Shown here piece after piece: positions 48,673 to 55,830 of a stretch of DNA of 64,000 nt; the stretch's first letter is position 1, and every line of letters starts with the position of its first letter. The notes under the pieces were generated by a model that had not been told where the DNA came from, did not search any database, and saw only the letters and a list, made by a program, of their open reading frames with translations. The translations under genes were made by a program, and so were the position numbers. Source of the DNA: Candidatus Berkelbacteria bacterium (GTDB lineage: Bacteria > Patescibacteriota > UBA1384 > XYA2-FULL-43-10 > 1-14-0-10-43-13); the NCBI GenBank assembly GCA_037140515.1, contig JBAXEI010000003.1:300-64299 (forward strand). Reading direction: 5' to 3'.

Positions 48673-48754
48673 TGTCATCCCAGCCTGTAGCTCGAGAGCG
48701 GGGATCTTGAACTATCAGAATGGCCATAAGATTCCTGCTTTCGCAGGAATGACA
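48673..48754. mobile_element. MITE-like palindromic element, subfamily B (copy B2)
   Basis: TGTCATCCCAGCCTGTAGCTCGAGAGCGGGGATCTTG...ATTCCTGC-TTTC-GCAGGAATGACA. Confidence 0.5.
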
Positions 48755-48827
48755 AGCAAAATTATATTAAAAGCCTTCTGAATTGCTTCAAAAGGCTTCT
48801 GCTTGTTTAGAAAAACTAAACATCGTG

Positions 48828-49079
48828 TTATTTGTAATAAATTTGAACTTTCCCTGGAATTGGGTTGCCTTTTTCGTCAAAGGCTTGTTCAAAAGTGATT
48901 TGCCAGCCACCGCCATCGGCAGTTCCCTGCGCTGAGTCCATCGCCAGTTTTGCGTCACCGCCGAGAGCTGGGTCGTCGGCCAAGCCTGCGCACTTATTAG
49001 GGTAGCCAGCGTCAATCATCTTTTTCGCGATTCTCTCACATTCGGTCATTACGACTGCGTCGTTTTTCTGTTCAGACAT
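48828..49079 (-). CDS. Hypothetical small protein (83 aa)
   Basis: AAGGAGG RBS. Second gene of a two-gene minus-strand operon. Confidence 0.5.
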   Translation of the reverse strand: MSEQKNDAVVMTECERIAKKMIDAGYPNKCAGLADDPALGGDAKLAMDSAQGTADGGGWQITFEQAFDEKGNPIPGKVQIYYK

Positions 49080-49095
49080 TTCTGCCTCCTTTTCT

Positions 49096-49554
49096 CTATC
49101 TTAAATAGAGATCCACCCTTCGGACCAGATTCCGCCGACCTTCGACTTTTACGAAATGTATCTCTTCAGAGATAACATATCTGTCCATTTTTACTCGATT
49201 ATCTCGAGTACTGTTGTATTTGCCGATAACCTCAAGCTTCGCTATCATTCGGTCAAATGTTCGCTTGTCCGCCAGTGTATTGCGGAAACGTGCGACTGTC
49301 CCCTCATTGATTCGAGCCATATAGTACTCGAGAAATGATTCGTAGCTCATGTTGCTTGAAATAATTGGCGAAAAACCGTTGTCCTTCAGCGAGCTGATAT
49401 AAGAAATCATTTGCTCACTAAGTCTCAGCTGTTTTTTCGTCAGCAATGGATAATCAAACGTATGACCTACCGGTAGATAGTAATGCTGAGCAATATTTTC
49501 AGCAGCTCGGATCGCAATATCAATCCTCGAGCGATCGATCAGTTTCTTTTTCAT
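49096..49554 (-). CDS. Hypothetical protein (152 aa)
   Basis: First gene of the operon, 16 bp upstream of the 83-aa gene. Confidence 0.5.
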   Translation of the reverse strand: MKKKLIDRSRIDIAIRAAENIAQHYYLPVGHTFDYPLLTKKQLRLSEQMISYISSLKDNGFSPIISSNMSYESFLEYYMARINEGTVARFRNTLADKRTFDRMIAKLEVIGKYNSTRDNRVKMDRYVISEEIHFVKVEGRRNLVRRVDLYLR

Positions 49555-49631
49555 ACTTTACCCCCTATAGTAAACTGTCAGCTGACTATAACACTTGTCA
49601 GCCTATTGTCAAGCAGATTGCACCAAATGTA

Positions 49632-49660
49632 TTGACATTTGAGCTCAGAAGTGCTATAAT
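49632..49660 (+). promoter_or_regulatory. Consensus sigma70 promoter TTGACA-17-TGcTATAAT
   Basis: Perfect hexamers, 25 nt upstream of the GGAGG RBS. Confidence 0.6.
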
Positions 49661-49690
49661 GCATGCATACTGAAATTGGAGGTTACTGAA

Positions 49691-50032
49691 ATGAGTAACA
49701 AACAACAAATAATAGATATTACCGATAGAACTTTTGATGAAGAAGTTCTGAAAAAGGATGATAAAGTCGTCCTACTGCTGATCTGGAACGAAGTAGGCCA
49801 AAGGTGCAAGAATGTAAACTGTGAACTTCTCGATGCCATCGAGGACGAGAAGCTTGCGGGTAAGGTCGTCTATCGCCGGATCGTCGGCTATCAGTCAAAT
49901 AAAATTGACCGGTACGGCCGTTGGGATTTCCCAACTACGTTCATCTTCAAAAATGGCAAACGTGTGGGCTCGATAAATGGGGTACGGGACTGCGACGAAA
50001 TTGTAGAAATCGTCGCCCAGCACCTAAACTAA
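49691..50032 (+). CDS. Thioredoxin-fold protein lacking the CxxC active site (paralog 1)
   Basis: KVVLLLIWNEVGQRCK aligns with thioredoxin LVDFWAEWCGPCK; C-terminal FIFKNGKRVGSINGV. Start at ATG 49691. Confidence 0.6.
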   Translation: MSNKQQIIDITDRTFDEEVLKKDDKVVLLLIWNEVGQRCKNVNCELLDAIEDEKLAGKVVYRRIVGYQSNKIDRYGRWDFPTTFIFKNGKRVGSINGVRDCDEIVEIVAQHLN

Positions 50033-50039
50033 AGCACAG

Positions 50040-50076
50040 ATCACCATCTCGCAATTGCAGATGGTGATTTTTTTAT
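50040..50076 (+). terminator. Intrinsic terminator
   Basis: ATCACCATCT-9-AGATGGTGAT plus TTTTTTT. Confidence 0.7.
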
Positions 50077-50141
50077 TCCACATCGACATTATCGCAATTT
50101 CGTGCTAAGGTGTGCTTATCAAGCTGTTCAAGGAGGTTACT

Positions 50142-50474
50142 ATGAACAATATTGATGACTCGTATCGCAACATCAACGACTACATCTTCGATTCGGAGAT
50201 CAATCGCGCTGATGGTAAAGTAGTTTTGCTCCTGGTCTGGAACGAAGTAGCAAAAAGTAGATTAATGAATCACACGCTACTTGCCTTCGCCAAAGATCAT
50301 CCGGAGATCGTTTATCGAAGAATTATCGGCTTAGAATCGAAAAGGATACTCAAGTATGTTGGCGGCACCATGCCGATAACCCTCATTTTCAAGAAAGGTG
50401 AGCTAAAGCAAGCGATCGCTGGTACATTAGAATCCGAATACATCCAAGGGCTTATCAGCTGGTTGGGCAAGTAA
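50142..50474 (+). CDS. Thioredoxin-fold protein with no cysteines (paralog 2)
   Basis: KVVLLLVWNEVAKSR...IVYRRIIGLESKR...ITLIFKKGELKQAIAG is parallel to paralog 1. AGGAGG RBS. Confidence 0.6.
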   Translation: MNNIDDSYRNINDYIFDSEINRADGKVVLLLVWNEVAKSRLMNHTLLAFAKDHPEIVYRRIIGLESKRILKYVGGTMPITLIFKKGELKQAIAGTLESEYIQGLISWLGK

Positions 50475-50517
50475 AACCACAAGGCCGCGGTCAAATATGA
50501 TCGTGGTTTTTTTATTG
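50475..50517 (+). terminator. Probable intrinsic terminator
   Basis: AAACCAC...GTGGTTT stem plus TTTTTTT. Confidence 0.5.
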
Positions 50518-50537
50518 CCATTTTTTGTTTAGTTTGG

Positions 50538-50566
50538 TTGACAAATTTTCGATAATAGTATATTAT
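50538..50566 (+). promoter_or_regulatory. Sigma70 promoter TTGACA-17-TATTAT
   Basis: Upstream of the methyltransferase gene. Confidence 0.5.
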
Positions 50567-50598
50567 ATGCTCTGCGTTACTCTAAGGAGGTAAGCTAA

Positions 50599-51363
50599 TT
50601 GATAAATATTGATCTGAAAGGTTACGAGCTTTTCTTACTAAATCTTGGTATGAAAAAAGCCTCGGACTACGGTACTCTGATAAGCAACATTGCCAGAGTC
50701 CCACAAAAAACACCCACGGCTATCCCGTATACAACCGAGATGCTGTCGATGAGCATGCTGAACAACGTCAGCGATGACGATATCATCGATAAGTACTTTC
50801 GGAGATACTATGACAGGTATGAAAGCTGGATGCCTGCACTTTGCATGCAAGACCAGGTGGCTATCTTGTCTCAGCTGATAAAGGTATTGCCAGGCGCGGA
50901 AAGAATCTTGGACGTTGGCTGTGGGACTTGCCATGTGTACACCTATCTGAAAACGATTGGTGAGCTCATGCTCGCAAATATCACAGGCCTCGATGGAACA
51001 GAGGAAATCCTCGAGGAGGGCAGGCAGATCGCAGAGAAAAATGGCGTCGAGCTGAACCTAGTGAATTCTCGTATGCCCTTGCTTGAAGAAGCAATAGGCC
51101 TATATGATTTCGTCTCTGCTATCGATTCTTTGCACTGGAACAAGTCATGGAGACAGACCGTACCTCGAATGTGCGAGCTACTCGCGCCTAAGGGCAAGCT
51201 CTTCATCGTCTACTCAGAATATTCTGCTCGAGCACAGATCAATTTGCCCGATCTGAGAAATCTGTTAAAAAAGGCAAAAATGAAGAATGTCGATCTCTCG
51301 ACATTTGCTGCACCGGTTTCGTTTTCGCCTCGAATATTCGTGACAGCCGAAAAGTGCGGCTAA
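50599..51363 (+). CDS. Class I SAM-dependent methyltransferase
   Basis: Motif I ILDVGCGTCHV. TTG start with a GGAGG RBS 9 nt upstream; an alternative ATG is at 50653. Confidence 0.7.
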   Translation: MINIDLKGYELFLLNLGMKKASDYGTLISNIARVPQKTPTAIPYTTEMLSMSMLNNVSDDDIIDKYFRRYYDRYESWMPALCMQDQVAILSQLIKVLPGAERILDVGCGTCHVYTYLKTIGELMLANITGLDGTEEILEEGRQIAEKNGVELNLVNSRMPLLEEAIGLYDFVSAIDSLHWNKSWRQTVPRMCELLAPKGKLFIVYSEYSARAQINLPDLRNLLKKAKMKNVDLSTFAAPVSFSPRIFVTAEKCG

Positions 51364-51370
51364 AATCAGT

Positions 51371-51406
51371 AAGCTGCAATCCGAAAATGATTGCAGCTTT
51401 TTTTAT
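51371..51406 (+). terminator. Intrinsic terminator
   Basis: AAGCTGCAATC-8-GATTGCAGCTT plus TTTTTTT. Confidence 0.65.
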
Positions 51407-51461
51407 TGCATAAAAAAAGGACGACTATTATATAGCCGCCCAATGCGTTTAATCAAATGTG

Positions 51462-51851
51462 TTAGCTCCGATCTTCCAGAAGATCTTCAACGTCAAAGTA
51501 CTTGAGTTTCCGTGCTAATTCGAGCACGGTCATCCCGTTACTATCGGTGGCAAGCAGATCTTCATCGGTAATAACAGAAGCAAGATTGGCCGCAGCCATT
51601 CGGAAGCCTCTGGCCAAAGCCCAGTGGAGCTGTGTTGGAAAATCATGATCAACATCCAAACCGAAATTTAGAATATGATCAAGCACAATGCCAGCAACAT
51701 CTTTGTTGTCAGTTCGCTCAGCTGCAGCCATGCAAGATTCAGATATCTTGTCATCTCCAGCCGAAGCCAGTAATTTCTCGACAAGTTCGAGATCCTCTGT
51801 GTTAATCGCGTGAAGCAAACGCTCTCGCTGTTCCTGTGTAAAATCACTCAT
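51462..51851 (-). CDS. Ankyrin-repeat-like protein (130 aa)
   Basis: Two or three degenerate ANK-like units (...TQLHWALARGFRMAAANLASV.. / ..DSNGMTVLELARKLKYFDVEDLL). Start at MSDFTQ (51851). Confidence 0.5.
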   Translation of the reverse strand: MSDFTQEQRERLLHAINTEDLELVEKLLASAGDDKISESCMAAAERTDNKDVAGIVLDHILNFGLDVDHDFPTQLHWALARGFRMAAANLASVITDEDLLATDSNGMTVLELARKLKYFDVEDLLEDRS

Positions 51852-51942
51852 CTCTAATGTTCCCCCTGTATTTTTCTGAGCGAACAATACCACATATGCT
51901 GAATTATTTCAATCGTAAGGTATGTTTTGATCTCACTTGAGG

Positions 51943-51972
51943 TTGACAAACGCACTTGCCAAAGAGTATAAA
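51943..51972 (+). promoter_or_regulatory. Sigma70-like promoter TTGACA-18-TATAAA
   Basis: About 58 nt upstream of the ATG at 52030, which has an AAGGAGG RBS. Confidence 0.45.
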
Positions 51973-52029
51973 TAGTTGTCAAGTAAATAATCTACTTGAG
52001 GAACGACATGCCAAAGGAGGTAAATACTT

Positions 52030-53907
52030 ATGGCAGACAAAATTGAGGATAACCGTCAGAGAGTTGTGAAACGCGTTCAATTCGCTGAGCAACCTCTCGA
52101 ATTGCAAGAACAAATGCGTGCCCAGGTCGCTCCAAAAAAGCAACCTGTAGCCCAAGAAGCTTCGCTGACAGCAGACAATGCAAAGCTACCCGAAAAAGAG
52201 CCACCAATGACTCTCGAAAGGGCAAAGAAGCTGATGTCTGGCATGAATCGAGCTGCAAAGCTCGACTTCATTAGAGAAATCTTTCTGAAGAAAGACCCTC
52301 CTGTGCGGCAAAATGTCATAGTTGCTATCGTCCAGTCAGCAATGTCTGGTATGAACAAATCTGGGCAGATTGATTTCATCAACCTTCTCTCCGGCTTACA
52401 GAATGTAGAGCGTACGAAGCTAAATGAGAAAAAAGAAAAAGAAGTTTTGAGGCGCGTGTCAGCTCAAGTTACGCTTGATGACTTGCCCGAAAAAACTGAT
52501 GAGTCTCCGCCGGAAGAGGTGTCAGAAAAAGCTGAAACACCACCTCCCACGACCATCTTAGCTGATGAACAATCTCCTACTGTTACAAAAGCACCTGTGA
52601 AACCAAAGACACCTGTTCATCGTGCAAACGGGACAAAACCAAAGCACAAAGGCAGGAAGCATTCTGCAGTGGCAACTCAAAACCACAAAGCTTCGAAGAC
52701 AAAGCTCATTGATGTACCAGAGGAAACACAGACAGCCGAAACAATCGAGCCTGAGATCATTCAAACTGAGATTATTCAGCCAGAAATCAAAGCTGCGGAG
52801 CAACAAATTCTTCCAGGCACTGTGATATCATCTGCGCCCGATCTCCAGAAATACCCAGATGTACCGTACAAAAGTGCAGCTGTGAACAAGGCAGAAACGA
52901 AGAAGGCTGAGACAAAAATACCCAAAGCGGCAGTCTTAGTGGATATCAGAAGAAGGTCACACAAGCCAGAAGCTCCAGTAATCGAAGAAGAAACAGCAAA
53001 AGTCGAAGTAGCTGAATCGGCAGAGACCGAAAATGTAGCTACTCCAACTATCGTAGAAACTGATGAAGCACCTACTGTAGAAAATGTGAAGATTATCACA
53101 AATGGCAGCAGCACAACAATCCAAGTAGGCTCAGAAGCATTTTCCCTAACCAGAACAAAGCTACTGAAAATGCTGAACGGTTCAATCAAGCTCGAAGTTG
53201 CTGCAGAAAAAGTCATTGTCAAAGACACGATTCCCATGCCGAAAAAGGCAAACGAATTCGAAATGATTTTTGGATTCGATATCAAGACTGAAGTAGAAAA
53301 AGTAAATGAGAAGCCAGGGACTGGAAAAGTAATGTTTGTCGGCGATATGGATAACTTTACAAGTTACCTTCGCTATCAAGACCGAATCTCTATTGCAGAT
53401 ATAGCTAAATACTATATCAAAGGCCGCGAAATGTTAGTGAAACCACAATACTTTGTATCATGCATGCATGTTCCAAGTCCTCACGTTCATTCATTTCGCG
53501 ACAGATACACCCACCAAGTCATGGCAACCGAATTCTTCAATGTTGAATGGAAACGTATCAAGAAATCACATGAAGACGACTCTATGTATGACCCAGATCT
53601 CCCCATGGATCTGAAAGCCAGACCAAGAGGCTACGGTGACGCCGACGTTGCGAGGTTCCTCCTCCAACAAGACAATCTGGAGAAGTGTGAAACAATACTT
53701 CTCTGGACCCATGATGAGCACTTCACAAGTACAGTTTTGTACTTGAGAAGTATTGGCAAGATTGTAGAGCTCCACCACACTGGCAGGTGGTGGACAAGCA
53801 CAAATCTCAGAAATGCCTGCGATACCGAAACAGATATCACTGAGAGATTCCCCGCAGACTATCCTGACAAAATTTTCGACGAACTTGAAAGAAGAAAATT
53901 GCGTTAA
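52030..53907 (+). CDS. Large hypothetical protein (625 aa): N-terminal tandem MSGMN..DFI repeats, a low-complexity P/T/E/K-rich linker, and a C-terminal NYN/LabA-like (PIN-fold) domain candidate
   Basis: Repeat MSGMNRAAKLDFIREIF / MSGMNKSGQIDFINLL. The C-terminal segment KVMFVGDMDNF...YGDADVARFL...ILLWTHDEHFTSTVLYLRSIGKIVEL resembles the NYN pattern (vfiDgeNl ... aDv ... LvSgDsDF..l...G..V.v). Confidence 0.6.
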   Translation: MADKIEDNRQRVVKRVQFAEQPLELQEQMRAQVAPKKQPVAQEASLTADNAKLPEKEPPMTLERAKKLMSGMNRAAKLDFIREIFLKKDPPVRQNVIVAIVQSAMSGMNKSGQIDFINLLSGLQNVERTKLNEKKEKEVLRRVSAQVTLDDLPEKTDESPPEEVSEKAETPPPTTILADEQSPTVTKAPVKPKTPVHRANGTKPKHKGRKHSAVATQNHKASKTKLIDVPEETQTAETIEPEIIQTEIIQPEIKAAEQQILPGTVISSAPDLQKYPDVPYKSAAVNKAETKKAETKIPKAAVLVDIRRRSHKPEAPVIEEETAKVEVAESAETENVATPTIVETDEAPTVENVKIITNGSSTTIQVGSEAFSLTRTKLLKMLNGSIKLEVAAEKVIVKDTIPMPKKANEFEMIFGFDIKTEVEKVNEKPGTGKVMFVGDMDNFTSYLRYQDRISIADIAKYYIKGREMLVKPQYFVSCMHVPSPHVHSFRDRYTHQVMATEFFNVEWKRIKKSHEDDSMYDPDLPMDLKARPRGYGDADVARFLLQQDNLEKCETILLWTHDEHFTSTVLYLRSIGKIVELHHTGRWWTSTNLRNACDTETDITERFPADYPDKIFDELERRKLR

Positions 53908-53918
53908 TGATTTCGCCG

Positions 53919-53953
53919 AATGGCACATCCGAGAGATGTGCCATTCTTTTTAT
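53919..53953 (+). terminator. Intrinsic terminator
   Basis: AATGGCACATC-5-GATGTGCCATT plus TCTTTTTATT. Confidence 0.65.
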
Positions 53954-54013
53954 TACAACACGTCTTGACTATATTGGCAAAAAGGCGTAAACATAGTCCA
54001 AGGAGGTGTGGAG

Positions 54014-54418
54014 ATGAAAAGCAGAAGACACACCGATCTGGCACCTGGCAATAACGAATCAATTCGCATCCTTTGCCTTCGATTGGCAGAGGAAATCGCA
54101 GAGAAAATGAAAACTTTCTTCAAAACAGATATGAGACCGATGATATTTACTCAAACTACCCGACTTGTGGGGACCAGTGAAGAATATTTCGGTATCGTAG
54201 TTCGTTTCTATGAAGAAAATGACGCGTGCAACCACTCAGCTGCCTTAGACTGGCTCTACAAGGAGCTAAAAAAGCATCCGGAAATATTTTTTCGTGTTGC
54301 ATCTCATGACGATGATAGATTTCTCGTCAGAAAAGACTTCCCTGGCATCGAAAGGTTAGTGTTGCCAAAGAAAAAGAAAAAACCGCCAGTCAAGGATGGC
54401 GGCTCCGAAAGCACCTAA
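54014..54418 (+). CDS. Hypothetical protein (134 aa, K-rich C-terminus)
   Basis: AGGAGG RBS 7 nt before ATG 54014. Terminator hairpin CTGCTTGC...GCAAGCAG plus T7 at 54426-54468. Confidence 0.5.
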   Translation: MKSRRHTDLAPGNNESIRILCLRLAEEIAEKMKTFFKTDMRPMIFTQTTRLVGTSEEYFGIVVRFYEENDACNHSAALDWLYKELKKHPEIFFRVASHDDDRFLVRKDFPGIERLVLPKKKKKPPVKDGGSEST

Positions 54419-54484
54419 GCACAGACTGCTTGCAACAAGTGAAATATTTCACCGCAAGCAGTTTTTTTATATCAAATATTTAGG

Positions 54485-55609
54485 TTACTCAACAGGAACA
54501 ATTGATTTTACATATAAATCAGAACCCGCAACAAAGTCGCCTTGCGTAGGTGTAGTGACCGTAGCTGTGATGTAGAGCTTAGTCCAGCCGTCTGGCCAAT
54601 AATACACGTTTTTCATGTCAATATCTTTGACTGGGATGATTATCTCCCTTGCTGCAGATTTGTTCGGAAATGCGCCGCTAATAACATCATCCGAGAATAT
54701 CCTTGTGTATAGTACTTTTCCACCTTTACCGTAAGTTATCTCAACTTTTGTTTTGAGTGGCATCATCTCCTGTCGTGGAGCGCCAATGATATCTCTGCCG
54801 TTTATATCATACAGTCCAACACCGAAGCTAATCTGCTGAATGCCACTTTGTTCTAACACATAAGCTGATAATTGGTTTCCGATACTAACAGAGCCGAGAC
54901 CTTTGACATAGTCTGGCAGAGGCAAAACTTCAATAACTCTTGACTTTGTACAGCCTGAATCACCTGTTGATGCGGTTAACGAGATTTCATATTTACCCGA
55001 AACATCACTGTGCCACCACAGAGAAGAGTCATCTTTCTTCTCAAACACTCCGCCGCCACTCCAGCTTACTGGTTGAAGCATTATCGAACTGCCCTTCAGT
55101 CCTATGTGTATCCTTTGGCCCATTTCAACTTTATCCAAATTTTCATCATAGCCAAACACGACTTTTTCGCAGTCTAACGGTTCGATAGGTTGTCTAAGTT
55201 CATATGTTTCAGGACGAGGTCGAGGTACTGACGGCTCGACAATTGTAGGCGAAAGGTGAGATTCAGGACCTTCAGCAACTGCTACCTTTGTAGATTTAGC
55301 TGTCTTGGCTGACGTTGCGCTGTTTGCGGTTGTAACAGCCTGTCCGGTGGTGAGTGCTACATCTGGAGCTTGTGCTGGCAGAGATATTGCTCCTAGCAAA
55401 TCTGCAGGTTCGATAATATTTGAACGTGCCACATCTCTTGTTCGGACTATTTGTATAAACCTTGCTTCATTTCCCTTCGCAATAGCATAAACACTAGTAG
55501 CTGTAGCGGATAAAAAAAGCAACGCAATAGCGGTACCTATAAGCCACTCCGAGTGTAGGAGCGTATATTTTTGTAAATTTTTGAACATCAACCGTAATTT
55601 GGTTAACAT
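54485..55609 (-). CDS. Hypothetical secreted / membrane-anchored protein (374 aa)
   Basis: N-terminal signal anchor YTLLHSEWLIGTAIALLFLSATATSVYA, then a low-complexity T/A/S stretch and a beta-rich C-terminal region. Likely start at MFKNLQ (55588). Confidence 0.55.
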   Translation of the reverse strand: MLTKLRLMFKNLQKYTLLHSEWLIGTAIALLFLSATATSVYAIAKGNEARFIQIVRTRDVARSNIIEPADLLGAISLPAQAPDVALTTGQAVTTANSATSAKTAKSTKVAVAEGPESHLSPTIVEPSVPRPRPETYELRQPIEPLDCEKVVFGYDENLDKVEMGQRIHIGLKGSSIMLQPVSWSGGGVFEKKDDSSLWWHSDVSGKYEISLTASTGDSGCTKSRVIEVLPLPDYVKGLGSVSIGNQLSAYVLEQSGIQQISFGVGLYDINGRDIIGAPRQEMMPLKTKVEITYGKGGKVLYTRIFSDDVISGAFPNKSAAREIIIPVKDIDMKNVYYWPDGWTKLYITATVTTPTQGDFVAGSDLYVKSIVPVE

Positions 55610-55830
55610 AATATTTTAAGGGATCTGATGGCAATACAGCCCAGTCAAGATAATGTCGATCGTTATATGTCAATTATTAGTGACAAATGTACCACTGTAT
55701 GTTGTAGTTGTCAATATAACCTTGCCATTTATTACAAATATAAGGAATTAGCTCTCAGATTTAACAAATAAGACATGAGCATTGCCACGTCTTATTTTTA
55801 TATAGATTCAAATTGGTTGTACTTTTGTTC

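Noticed and set aside
52776-53285. 169-aa minus-strand ORF (and several other 60-140-aa antisense ORFs inside rpoB, rpoC, gyrA, fusA and infB)
   Set aside because: They are embedded antisense in strongly supported long genes, here in the low-complexity linker of the 625-aa protein. They are artefacts of the repetitive or low-complexity sense strand.
54485-55609. Diversity-generating retroelement target in the secreted protein or the 625-aa repeat protein
   Set aside because: DGRs are common in CPR, but there is no reverse transcriptase and no template/variable repeat pair in the window. The repeats in the 625-aa protein are protein-level tandem units, not A-mutagenised near-identical DNA copies.
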